Virus record (IMG/VR): IMGVR_UViG_3300029985_000047
Coordinates: 1-60,621 of that record
DNA length: 60,621 bases
Reading direction: 5' to 3' (one strand)
DNA from: a virus
Lineage: Duplodnaviria; Caudoviricetes
Positions 35,921 through 45,271 of the stretch are shown piece by piece (the first letter of the stretch is position 1; each line of letters opens with the position of its first letter). The notes under the pieces were generated by a model. The model was given only the letters and a program-made list of their open reading frames with translations. It was not told the DNA's origin and did no database searches. Position numbers and translations under genes: made by a program.

Positions 35921-36847
35921 TTACTGATAAATGACTTGAATAGTAAGCGTTGAATTTACAACGATCCCCGCTCCAGTCGGATTGTAAATGGTAGCGTAAG
36001 GGCCTCCTAGCGCGGAGATGTATGCGTTGATGATCAACGGGGCATATGTGGCCGAATATCCCTGCCAAGTTGTAATTACAGCCGATGTAGATTGCCCCGT
36101 GGCGCTTCCGGCACATACTTCAGTACCGGCGGCCGGTATTGTTACCGAAATAGAGCAAGCGTAAAAGGCGGGGAATTGTGCTGAGACAAACGCTGTCGTA
36201 GCGACCTGTGTGTTGTTGGTGCCAGGCGATGCTGTCGGCGCTGTGGGCGTTCCGGTAAGCGCCGGCGAAGCCGTGAGCGCCAAAACAGTCCCCGCGCCAG
36301 ACGTGCTGTAACTCGTGCCCCATGCACTGCCCGTTGAATTCGGAACTCCTGCTCCTGGATACACCATTGATCCGGAAACTGTGCAAGTGCTTCCTAGTGC
36401 GCACGTCTGCCCGTTTACCGTAGTCGAGGGATTCGCTAGTGCGCTGTTCGGTATGGACGATGCCGCAACCGCAAGTGACGGCGCAGTGGTCGAGTTCGTC
36501 ACGGTCGGCACCAACCAGGCAGGCCACGAACCGGACGGCGCGGCGAAGGTGGTAACCGTTCCGCCTCCGGTTGAGCACCCAATGCTTGCGCAGGCGCTAG
36601 CCGCTGTCGTGGTGTCAAAGTTCCATGAGGCTGTCATGGTGCTGAGCGGACCGATATGCACCGAGTACGCAGGAGTGGGGCCTACCAAAAGTCCGCCTGA
36701 ACCGCTGCTAGAAATACCCGGTAGCATGAGATTAGTAGTAAGAAGAGGGCCGCCGATCTGTGCGTTAGGATTGATCTTGGTGGCCGTTTGTGCCCATCCC
36801 AAGGTGACACACATGAACAAAAGGCTAGCCGTGAAAGTACGTGACAT
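35921..36847 (-). CDS. Fibre-like protein with Sec signal peptide
   Basis: MSRTFTASLLFMCVTLGWA/Q; SPALTGTPTAPTA..GTNNTQVATTAFV fibre repeat. Confidence 0.75.
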   Translation of the reverse strand: MSRTFTASLLFMCVTLGWAQTATKINPNAQIGGPLLTTNLMLPGISSSGSGGLLVGPTPAYSVHIGPLSTMTASWNFDTTTAASACASIGCSTGGGTVTTFAAPSGSWPAWLVPTVTNSTTAPSLAVAASSIPNSALANPSTTVNGQTCALGSTCTVSGSMVYPGAGVPNSTGSAWGTSYSTSGAGTVLALTASPALTGTPTAPTASPGTNNTQVATTAFVSAQFPAFYACSISVTIPAAGTEVCAGSATGQSTSAVITTWQGYSATYAPLIINAYISALGGPYATIYNPTGAGIVVNSTLTIQVIYQ

Positions 36848-37235
36848 AGATTTGATCTCCTACCACAGTGGGCGTGTTGAAATTGATGCTGTTCACTACT
36901 AGTCGATAATCGGCTGCTGGACCGGGAGTTTGAAACACGCCGTTCTTATACACGCCCAAAACTATAAGTGGGACGTGGCTGGTAATGTATGCTGATGTGG
37001 GAGCCGTGCCTGCGGGTGCCTCCGCGATGTAGGCATTCGCCAGCAGAGCCACAAAGTTAGATACGGCGAAATTACCCACCGTCAGGTTGGTAACCGATAG
37101 GCCGGGAATGGTGAAACTGCCACCGAAGATTAAGTCCAGCAGGCCCAGATCGTATTGAATGGGCACCTGCCAGTTGAATTGTCCATAGCCCGGGATCTGC
37201 AGGCCCACATTGGGTGTTACTGTCTCACTGGCCAT
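36825..37235 (-). CDS. Small tail fibre or adaptor protein
   Basis: TPNVGLQIP N-terminal anchor; C-terminal NGVFQTPG..DY domain. Confidence 0.7.
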   Translation of the reverse strand: MASETVTPNVGLQIPGYGQFNWQVPIQYDLGLLDLIFGGSFTIPGLSVTNLTVGNFAVSNFVALLANAYIAEAPAGTAPTSAYITSHVPLIVLGVYKNGVFQTPGPAADYRLVVNSINFNTPTVVGDQIYVTYFHG

Positions 37236-37804
37236 TAGCTCACCACCATGGGGCCGGTTGCATGCAGGGCCAGGTCAGACAGCACCATAAATGTCTGCTG
37301 ACTGTGCCCGGTGGCACCACCATCTACAGCGCCTAAGCCGTGTAGTGTATTAGTGAACGTCACAGAGTGGCCACCCACGCCATCCTGAGAAAATGCAAGC
37401 GTAATAGGTTGGTAGGCTACAATGCTTATTATCGTAATGGAGGTGTTGGCCGTCAGTACTATCTCCCAACCATTGGCGAGCGAGGCGTCCAGAATAATGG
37501 ACGGGCTGAATGGTGCATATGCCATAGCAGGCTTAATGTCTGCTGTAGTCAGCAGACAAGACAGCGCACCAGCCAGCACGGCTAGATTGCTGTCATTAGT
37601 ACTGAACCCTTTATTGGCTAACATCTGCATCAGTGCTGCCACACCTGTGGAAGTCTGATAGAACAGCTTGTTAGCACAGTTAGACGGGAAGATGGCCCCC
37701 ACACCTGCACCATTGGACCGGGTACTGTCCGCCGTGTACGCTGCGTCAGACTCTTGATTGGCCTGCGTAGGGTTGAATTGCTGAAAGTTTGTTGTGCCAG
37801 CCAT
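37235..37804 (-). CDS. Short baseplate-attached tail fibre protein
   Basis: NKLFYQ...AAL.Q anchor pattern; follows the DUF2612-like gene. Confidence 0.7.
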   Translation of the reverse strand: MAGTTNFQQFNPTQANQESDAAYTADSTRSNGAGVGAIFPSNCANKLFYQTSTGVAALMQMLANKGFSTNDSNLAVLAGALSCLLTTADIKPAMAYAPFSPSIILDASLANGWEIVLTANTSITIISIVAYQPITLAFSQDGVGGHSVTFTNTLHGLGAVDGGATGHSQQTFMVLSDLALHATGPMVVS

Positions 37805-37807
37805 AGC

Positions 37808-38440
37808 CTAAACCCACTTTCCTGTATCAAAGCCTGCGATGAATACATTGTCGAGATCAAAGCCAAACATAGGCAGGGCTCCGAAGAGGTATGTGTACTG
37901 CACGCCTTCAGGTCTGGGAACTATGTAACCGTTCCTAATCAGGTCCTGCATGATGGAAGTAAACGTACCCGTCATGAAAATGTTGGCTGACATGTTTTGG
38001 TTGTCAGCAATGATGATGTTACCAGCCGGAAACAGCTGCTGCCATAGCGGGTACAGACTGTCTAAAGTGCCCGTCCATTGGTTCTGCGCAATCTTTGCTT
38101 TGATGAGAATACGAAACGTGGTGTCGTCCAACACTGGGCTGACGCCGCCGCTGGGCTGAAACCCAACTGTGCGGTACGCTTGTACTGTTTGTCCGAGCAT
38201 GTCAAGCTGTACGCCAGAGGCAGAGTCTAAATCAAAGGCGGTGTCCATCAGCATGATTACGTTCGTCACGTCATCAAACTTGCGTAACAGCACATACAGA
38301 AGCTTGTTTAGCTTCGGTGAATTGACATACTCACTGGACAGCAGCCCGATGTAGTATCCAAGTGGCAGGGCCTCAAGTGGTTGGTTGCCGTAGCCACCGA
38401 AGCCGAAACCACTAGTGCCAAAATAGGGATTAGTGCTCAT
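37808..38440 (-). CDS. DUF2612-like baseplate wedge protein
   Basis: FDLDSASGVQLDMLG...LDD..FR.LIKAKI..NQW.GT...PRPEGV. Confidence 0.88.
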   Translation of the reverse strand: MSTNPYFGTSGFGFGGYGNQPLEALPLGYYIGLLSSEYVNSPKLNKLLYVLLRKFDDVTNVIMLMDTAFDLDSASGVQLDMLGQTVQAYRTVGFQPSGGVSPVLDDTTFRILIKAKIAQNQWTGTLDSLYPLWQQLFPAGNIIIADNQNMSANIFMTGTFTSIMQDLIRNGYIVPRPEGVQYTYLFGALPMFGFDLDNVFIAGFDTGKWV

Positions 38441-39669
38441 ACTGTAGTCACCACCACGTTAGCTGCCACACCTTGCGACACATTATAGTAATGCGCCATG
38501 GCCAGATCCACTGCGCCGGTCGGGCTAGCTGTGAGGCCCATAGTGAGAGCCTGCACACCAAAGGCAGGGCCTAGCAGGCTGGCATTCACAGCCATGGCCT
38601 CGTAATTGATGGCCGAGATAGCCACTGTCTCTCCAATGGCCAATGCGTTCAGGTAGTTGACGATGGCAGTCTGCACAGCAGCCACGACAGCTGTAGTAGG
38701 CGTACCAGTGTAACCGTGGATGCTTACACTGATATAGATGGGGACATACGTAGGCCTGAAGAAACTGATGTTCATGGTGAAACTAGTATTCGCATCGGTG
38801 ACCGTTACCGTAGTGGTTCCGTTGGTGAAGCAGCCTATACTCCGTGCACCATAGATGGCCTGCGCCACAGCGGCATCAGTGCCGTTCTCTACCACCATGC
38901 TGATAGAGTGTGCGGGATTGCCCCAGCTATCAGTAACGCCGGTAGGGTTCTCAATAGAGCTTCCTGGGCCACCTGGAGTTGGTACGCCAGGATTGACGCG
39001 TGTAACACCCGGCACGGCCAGACATGCGGCCACTGTAGAGGCCAGCGCAGTGACGGATGGTAAGGCCACACTGACGGCCTGCCGTGCACGGGCTTTGCTG
39101 TCTGTTTCAATAGGACTGCCTGGTACGGCTGCCGCTGCATTAGTCACAGTAAACCAGCCGTTAACAGGCGTGTTAATGATCGTAATGCTTCCCGCAGCTG
39201 CCGTTATGCTGCCCGGAGTTGTGCATGAAGCAGCAACGTTGATACTGCCGGTGATGGGTATGATCACAGTGGATGGAAGTACCCACAGATTACCGTTGAT
39301 GTCCTGAGCCGCACCACCTGTTACAGTGGTGGGCGTGATGGTAGAACCGCCCAGTGTCAGTACTGTGGTGGAGTATGTAAACGCGGCGCGCGCTAGCCCA
39401 TTCATCTTCAATTGACGGTCTAGCCCTGCACCCACCGCTGTAGCAGGCGAACTCTGGTTGTACACAAGCTGCAAACCAAGGTTACAGTCCGCGGCTTTCA
39501 GTGACAGGATTGAGAGCAGCTGATAGACAGCTGCATTAGGAGTGACGACTTGTGTAGGGCCGTAGATGTTCAAAAATGCCTGTAAGTTATCGGCCAGAAT
39601 GGACTGATATGAGGCTACTGTCAGTCCTGCAGGGCCTATAGAAGGAGGGGCGTATGCTGGCACTGACAT
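38437..39669 (-). CDS. Baseplate J-like wedge protein
   Basis: P.TA.G..LD, G...ETD...RAR and PAHSI..VV..G.D..VA.AI. Confidence 0.9.
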   Translation of the reverse strand: MSVPAYAPPSIGPAGLTVASYQSILADNLQAFLNIYGPTQVVTPNAAVYQLLSILSLKAADCNLGLQLVYNQSSPATAVGAGLDRQLKMNGLARAAFTYSTTVLTLGGSTITPTTVTGGAAQDINGNLWVLPSTVIIPITGSINVAASCTTPGSITAAAGSITIINTPVNGWFTVTNAAAAVPGSPIETDSKARARQAVSVALPSVTALASTVAACLAVPGVTRVNPGVPTPGGPGSSIENPTGVTDSWGNPAHSISMVVENGTDAAVAQAIYGARSIGCFTNGTTTVTVTDANTSFTMNISFFRPTYVPIYISVSIHGYTGTPTTAVVAAVQTAIVNYLNALAIGETVAISAINYEAMAVNASLLGPAFGVQALTMGLTASPTGAVDLAMAHYYNVSQGVAANVVVTTV

Positions 39670-40052
39670 TAGTTCCCCAGACTCGCCGAGTCACCCGGCG
39701 CACTAGAAACGGTTACCTGACCAAAGGTCGTAGTAAATGTGGCTGTAAAAGAAAACTGGCCGTTGGAGAATGACGATTGAATACCGGTGACAGATACAAC
39801 GTAGGGTGTAGCTAGAATGGTCTGCTGGATAATCAGTCGCACGGCATTCTGTGTCTTAGAACTCGCCAGCTGACCGAGCATGCTCTGGAACACAGGCACC
39901 CCCAAGTTGAGGTCTTCCCACCACTCGCCCAGAAACAGCTTGAGTCTGGTCAGCACATCTTGAGCCACCGCCTGCGAGTCTGCTAATGCGTAGGCGGGGT
40001 CAAAGATGGGGTCGTAACTAGCATCAAGCTGTAAGTACGTCACGCTGGGCAT
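39669..40052 (-). CDS. Baseplate sheath-initiator (gp25/gp46-like)
   Basis: AVAQ.V.TRLKLFLGEWW.D...G. Confidence 0.8.
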   Translation of the reverse strand: MPSVTYLQLDASYDPIFDPAYALADSQAVAQDVLTRLKLFLGEWWEDLNLGVPVFQSMLGQLASSKTQNAVRLIIQQTILATPYVVSVTGIQSSFSNGQFSFTATFTTTFGQVTVSSAPGDSASLGN

Positions 40053-40064
40053 TATGGATGTCCT

Positions 40065-40514
40065 TTACCAAGTGTCATTGATGGCGCCGGGCAGGAATGT
40101 GCTGGCTGCAAAGCTGTCGGTAGCATTACGTAGTGCCGTTAGTGGTCCTGTGTACACCGTATTAGCATTGACTAGTCCTGCCCCTGCAAGCGTGCCCGAT
40201 GACACGCTATAGCCACCAGAAGTAATCCAGTATCCAGAAGTAAGATTAAGACATAGAACTAAGTTGGGCGCGCCCTGCAGCACGGTGAAGCCGGTATCCT
40301 GGGAGGCACTCTTTAGTACGGTTCCAAAGCTGTACGTCATACACGCGGTGTTGGCTGTCCAGTCATACATCTTACCTGTAGCTGTGGCATACGCCGCCGA
40401 GCCACCTGGAGCCACGGCACTCGCTGGCCCCGCGACTCCGTACGCAGTGGTTAGAGTGATTGAAGCGAAGGCCGTGGTGCCGACCAATAAAACAGCAATC
40501 GCGATCCACTTCAT
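40065..40514 (-). CDS. Secreted-type small protein with Sec signal peptide
   Basis: AAGGAG RBS; MKWIAIAVLLVGTTAFA/S with AxA cleavage site. Confidence 0.75.
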   Translation of the reverse strand: MKWIAIAVLLVGTTAFASITLTTAYGVAGPASAVAPGGSAAYATATGKMYDWTANTACMTYSFGTVLKSASQDTGFTVLQGAPNLVLCLNLTSGYWITSGGYSVSSGTLAGAGLVNANTVYTGPLTALRNATDSFAASTFLPGAINDTW

Positions 40515-40528
40515 GTAGTTCTCCTTAG

Positions 40529-43168
40529 TTACGGAAGCCACGTGCACTCAGTTCCGGGCTCGATCAGAAGGGCGTCAGAAACATTGCTGGTCTGCCCATA
40601 CAGTGTCACTGTGTTTGCCGCTGCTGTAAAGCTGGCTGTTACGTAGATGTCGGTCACGTAGGCCGTCGCGGCCGCTCCGGGAGTCAGGAACGCCGTGGCG
40701 TCCGTTGTGGTGATCGTTGTGATGTCAGTAGTGCCTGTCCCGAATGGGACTGCCGTCGTTCCCACGTAACTGACCGAAGTCAGCGACATGTGCGTCGGCG
40801 CGACACTCGTGCCGACGCCAAACTTTACTGTGGCGACGCCTATGGCTTGCTCCCAAGAAACATGACACAGACCGCGATAGGTTCGCGCCGTGGTTGCGTA
40901 GGTGGCCGGGAAAGCTATTCCAGTCGTGGTGTACGTTGTTGTTGCAATAGAGGTCGCCGTGGTTCCGGTGAGTTGGTTTCCGTTCGTGGAGTATAGTGGT
41001 TCTGTGGTTACCATGACGGCTGTATTGTCGAGCAGACTAGAAGCTGCTGGCGTAGTTCCATTTATCCTAATTAGTGCGTTTGGTGTGATAGCAGCAGTAA
41101 CGCTGAGCGCAGTAGAAGAACTTCCATAGGTTATGCCGCCCGCCGAGGATGATACCGGAAAAGAGATAGCAGACCAGACAGGTGCTGCGGCGGTCTGGCC
41201 AAGCAAAGGACCGTTGTTGAGCGTCGGCGCGGCGTTGTGGTCCATAGTGGTGGTAGCGCTGAAGTACGGCACTGCCCACGCTACGCCGCCAGTCACCGTC
41301 TGCGGGAAGGTTATAGATCCGCCCGATATTGTGTTGCATCCCAAAGCGTGGGTAGTGGTGTTGTAGGTGAGAGCGTTGGTAGCGCCCGCGCAACCGTTAG
41401 TTCCTGTGGTGGGCATGGCCACGGCCGATGGGGCTGCTGTGGAGGCAGTGAAGTTTGCAACCACGGTGTCTGAGGCTTGAGTGGAAATGCCGGACAGAGG
41501 AATGGAGGCTGAGTAAGTGGCCTGCGCAGATCCGCCCGGCGAGAATACGTAGCCAGTTCCAGGCAGGATCGGAGAAGAGGCGAAAGTGAAGATTCCGGTC
41601 GCATCAAAGCCTCCGAAGTCTACCGACGGTAGGCCGCCCGCTGTCAAGTTGCCGTTGCCGAAGTGCAGCGTGTCGGATGCGCCACTGGCCAGCCAGCCCG
41701 CGCCCGTGGTGTACAGGATCTTAGTTCCATCGGTAGCATCCAGTGATGGCCCTACACCGTTAGCCTGCAGCAGACCGCCGCTGAACTGATGCGTTGTCCA
41801 TACGTTCTGCGTGGACAGTAGCGGTACGTTAGCGCCGCTGGTACCTATGTTCTGCGTGGATGCCGTACCAAGTCCACTGATCTGAGTGTTGGGAATGGTG
41901 GCAATGAAATTGGCTGGGATGGTGCTGCCTGAGCTATAGCTAGTTCCCCACGCGCTAGAACCGTTATAGTTCGGTATGCCAGCGCCACCCGCAGGCCAAG
42001 TCATTGATCCACCGGATCCGAGTGGTCCGGTAGTGGCCCCATTGATTCTGGCAAACACACCCGCCGTGGTAGTCCACAGGTCGCCATTAACAGGCGCTGT
42101 GGGAGCCGCGCCGTGTGGCAGATTGAACCCGGCAGTGCCGACGGCAGAGGCCAGTGTAATCACCTCGCCCGTGAACGTGCCGCCGCTCTTAGGCATCGCG
42201 CCAGTCACTCGCGTGTCGTTGCCTACGGTGGCGCTAGCTGCTGTGGTCCCGTACGTGACGGAGATAGCGCCGCTGGTGTTGGTGATGGTGGTTCCGTCCG
42301 GCTTTACAAGACCCAGCGTGCCTGCTGAAGCTATACCGGGAGGCGCGCCGCCGTCAGACAACAGAGTGCCGGAAGTATTATTCAACAGTGCGACGTGGCC
42401 TACAGTGGCCGCGCCCGGTCCAGTCACCGGATTGGTCAGCGTGGCTTGCTTGCCGTTCAACTGCGTCTGCACACTGCTGGTGGCGTCCATGAACGCCATG
42501 GTAGCAGGTGTGACACCGTCAACGGTCTTGTTAGTCAGCGTCTGCGTGTCAGTGGTGCCTATGATAGTACCAGCCGGAGCGGTTAGAGAAGTCCCCCACG
42601 TACTAGCGCCTGCGTACACTACGATACCAGCCGCAGCGGGCCACGTCATCGATCCGCCTGACGGCGCGTGGCACTGCGCGTCTTGTGGACTGAGTAACCA
42701 CGTGGCGGTGGTGCAGCCTGTAAGGCCCTGCAGCAGCGCGTTCACTTGAGCCGCTGTGGCTATGGTAGGTGCACCCGTGGCTGTGGTGTTGTACAGCACG
42801 CCCGTGGCCAGCCCGGACAGCAGCACACCGTTCAGGCCCTTGACCATGGTGGCCCCGCCGGAGCTAGTGCTTACAGCGTCGCCAGTAAGCGCCGTGAAGC
42901 TGCCACTGCCACTAGCGCACCCAGCGGTGGTCAGTGCGCCATTCAAGCCATTAGGGCAGATGGGCGAAGTGCTTTGCGGTATGCCGCTGACCAGCAGTCC
43001 ACCTGTAATAGCCACTCCATTAGCACCATCTGCAGCTACCCCAGGTAGCATTAAATTAGTAGACAGCAAAGGCCCGCCGATCTGATTATTGGGATCAATC
43101 TGCGTCGTAGCTTGCGCCAGAGCGCCTATGCACCCGCAGCAGAATAGAACAACAGCTAAAAATTTCAT
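40529..43168 (-). CDS. Long G/T/A-rich fibre protein (879 aa) with Sec signal peptide
   Basis: Start at TGATG overlap; MKFLAVVLFCCGCIGALA/Q; fibre motifs TDTQTLTNKT, VQTQLNGKQ, GLVKPDGTTI and MPKSGGTFTG. Confidence 0.8.
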   Translation of the reverse strand: MKFLAVVLFCCGCIGALAQATTQIDPNNQIGGPLLSTNLMLPGVAADGANGVAITGGLLVSGIPQSTSPICPNGLNGALTTAGCASGSGSFTALTGDAVSTSSGGATMVKGLNGVLLSGLATGVLYNTTATGAPTIATAAQVNALLQGLTGCTTATWLLSPQDAQCHAPSGGSMTWPAAAGIVVYAGASTWGTSLTAPAGTIIGTTDTQTLTNKTVDGVTPATMAFMDATSSVQTQLNGKQATLTNPVTGPGAATVGHVALLNNTSGTLLSDGGAPPGIASAGTLGLVKPDGTTITNTSGAISVTYGTTAASATVGNDTRVTGAMPKSGGTFTGEVITLASAVGTAGFNLPHGAAPTAPVNGDLWTTTAGVFARINGATTGPLGSGGSMTWPAGGAGIPNYNGSSAWGTSYSSGSTIPANFIATIPNTQISGLGTASTQNIGTSGANVPLLSTQNVWTTHQFSGGLLQANGVGPSLDATDGTKILYTTGAGWLASGASDTLHFGNGNLTAGGLPSVDFGGFDATGIFTFASSPILPGTGYVFSPGGSAQATYSASIPLSGISTQASDTVVANFTASTAAPSAVAMPTTGTNGCAGATNALTYNTTTHALGCNTISGGSITFPQTVTGGVAWAVPYFSATTTMDHNAAPTLNNGPLLGQTAAAPVWSAISFPVSSSAGGITYGSSSTALSVTAAITPNALIRINGTTPAASSLLDNTAVMVTTEPLYSTNGNQLTGTTATSIATTTYTTTGIAFPATYATTARTYRGLCHVSWEQAIGVATVKFGVGTSVAPTHMSLTSVSYVGTTAVPFGTGTTDITTITTTDATAFLTPGAAATAYVTDIYVTASFTAAANTVTLYGQTSNVSDALLIEPGTECTWLP

Positions 43169-43908
43169 CACTGGCCTTTCAATACGGTGGTTTCCGCCAA
43201 GCTGGCAATAGGAGGAGCAGGCCCGAGGTAGCCTTTGGACACTAGGAATGGCTGGACATTTATAACGTACCACTGGTAGAATGTGTCATTCATCAGTGCT
43301 TGTGCCGTACCGCCGTTAGTGGCATGTATGGAAGGTGATGTTATAGTCACACTGGAGGGGGCTGATATAGACACCGCATTACTGCTGACCGTCACGGCTA
43401 CTGTGCCGTCGTCTGTTCTAAGCTGCATAGCCGTAGTGGAGTAGCTAGGCAGCAATCGTGTCTGGTTCCACATGCCTGGTATGAATCCGCAGTCATGTAT
43501 ATGATGACGGCGTACCACGCGCTGTTGATTGGTGCCTGTGGGTGAGCTGGACTGACCACTGGCCCACCAAGTGTCGAAGCAGGTATCGCAGAATACGAGC
43601 AGGCCCTCATCGCCGGGGTTGATGGGCATGGTCAGGCAATAGCCACCAGCGCGCGGCAGTATAAGCGGTACGCGGTTAATCGGCACAATAGGTATCCACT
43701 TCGGGCCCGCCGTGGTGCGCACGCGCTCTTGAAGAGCTATCTGCACGCTGACGGTCTGCGTAGCAGCGTCAAACCCATTAGGTGCGACGAACGCCACGGT
43801 AGCACATCGGGTGTCGTTCAGTGCGTCCTTCACGGCCTGCCGCCACTGCGAGAATTCTATCTGATTGACTTGTGCAGGGCTTAGTAGCGGACTACTTACG
43901 GTGCTCAT
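43168..43908 (-). CDS. Baseplate central spike (Gp138/gpV-like)
   Basis: VP..LPRAGGY.LTMPI.PGDEGL.VF.D...D.W, R.HH..D..FIPG. Confidence 0.85.
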   Translation of the reverse strand: MSTVSSPLLSPAQVNQIEFSQWRQAVKDALNDTRCATVAFVAPNGFDAATQTVSVQIALQERVRTTAGPKWIPIVPINRVPLILPRAGGYCLTMPINPGDEGLLVFCDTCFDTWWASGQSSSPTGTNQQRVVRRHHIHDCGFIPGMWNQTRLLPSYSTTAMQLRTDDGTVAVTVSSNAVSISAPSSVTITSPSIHATNGGTAQALMNDTFYQWYVINVQPFLVSKGYLGPAPPIASLAETTVLKGQ

Positions 43909-44939
43909 GCATTGACTCCCCAAATTCCGTATGAAAGACCCTTGGCGTACGTTGTGCTGTAGCCAATCACTTCTGTCTGCCAGTCGTTCCCGCGCGTGTC
44001 GCCCGTATGACGAAGCTGTGCGACGAAAAACGAAAGATCATCGCTCAACGGCGATACAAGCTGGCTATTTGGGTTAGGCCTGATTACTGTCTGTGAGATC
44101 AGCGCCGACCTATCAATCTGGATCATCATAGGTGGCACTTTGACTAACAAGCGGGGGTCCAAAAGAACCGTGAAGATGCAGCCTTGCGGTATCTGCCGTG
44201 GCGTGCCTATCAAGCTGGCTGTGACACTAGCCGGAAGACTGGGCGCATTAGTGCCAGGTCCTGGCTGCGGTGCGTACACAAAGCTGGGCGTGGTGTTGGG
44301 ATTAACCATGTCAGACATGTAGGCGCTGTTTCCGTCAGTGAAGAACTGTGCGTAGTTGTCATCAGCAATACGGCCCAGAAGCTGGCTGGGCTTTCCGAAC
44401 AATGTGTCGCCACGTGGTAGTACTTTAGAAGTCATGCTGGTCTGTATAGTCTGACTCTGTGTACCCGTAGCCTGGGACAGCGGTGGCAGCCCGATAGCCT
44501 GTAGCATGCTTGCGACCACCTGCTGCTGAGTCACCAACGGACCCATGGGCATGTTTACCACATCGTCCATAGCATATGGATTGGCAATACAGTGCAGTGT
44601 AGTGACTTGATCGACCACTCCGTCCCGTGTGAGTGTAACTTGAAACACACGCCCGTTCCAAATAGTGGCCATCTGTGTAGGTCCGTACTGAAACCCGGCC
44701 TTTAGCTGGGCCCATGTGGCATTGAATAGAGCGTTTTGAATATCCGGCCGGTCTAGATTGTAAATGCTGATATCAGCATACCACCAGCATTCTGATATAC
44801 TGCTCTGTACCACGTCAAATGTAATGCGTAGTGCCTCCGGCTCCCAGGAACTAGAGCTGAATACTTGTTGCGTATTATCCCCAAACCCAACTGTGAGTTC
44901 ATACGCCTGTCCCCACAGTGGAATGGTAGATGTGCTCAT
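43905..44939 (-). CDS. Baseplate hub (gp27-like)
   Basis: LRITF.V, A.ISIYNL, LKAGF, LIGTP and H.GDTRGNDW. Confidence 0.85.
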   Translation of the reverse strand: MSTSTIPLWGQAYELTVGFGDNTQQVFSSSSWEPEALRITFDVVQSSISECWWYADISIYNLDRPDIQNALFNATWAQLKAGFQYGPTQMATIWNGRVFQVTLTRDGVVDQVTTLHCIANPYAMDDVVNMPMGPLVTQQQVVASMLQAIGLPPLSQATGTQSQTIQTSMTSKVLPRGDTLFGKPSQLLGRIADDNYAQFFTDGNSAYMSDMVNPNTTPSFVYAPQPGPGTNAPSLPASVTASLIGTPRQIPQGCIFTVLLDPRLLVKVPPMMIQIDRSALISQTVIRPNPNSQLVSPLSDDLSFFVAQLRHTGDTRGNDWQTEVIGYSTTYAKGLSYGIWGVNA

Positions 44940-45271
44940 GGTGTGTCGCTCCATACAAGACTGAACTGCCCAAGGTTGTCACGGCCGGGATAGTCGGCTG
45001 CAATGTTGCCCGTGTTGAGCAACGCGGCGCTACCAATGGCGAGGTAAACATACTGGGCTAGCAGATTGGCTGCTGGGTACCAGCCAGTGATCAGCGGCAC
45101 AGATGCAATCAAAGCATTTCCATTCACATCCGCGACACTCATCTGCCAGTAGCCAGCCGTGGAACTGTAGCTGAGTGAAAGATTGAGCGTCAAGGCATTA
45201 CCGTCTACAATCAGCTGGGCAGAGAATACTTGATTGGCAGCTGACGTCAGAGGAATAATCTGATCAGCCAT
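44936..45271 (-). CDS. Baseplate plug-like protein
   Basis: IPL....Q.F...W.M....G..L...VPL.TG..LL.QY.YL. Confidence 0.75.
   Translation of the reverse strand: MADQIIPLTSAANQVFSAQLIVDGNALTLNLSLSYSSTAGYWQMSVADVNGNALIASVPLITGWYPAANLLAQYVYLAIGSAALLNTGNIAADYPGRDNLGQFSLVWSDTP

Noticed and set aside
43169-43273. N-terminal extension of the 914-aa ORF
   Set aside because: It overlaps the spike gene; the ATG at 43168 forms a TGATG coupling and opens the signal peptide.
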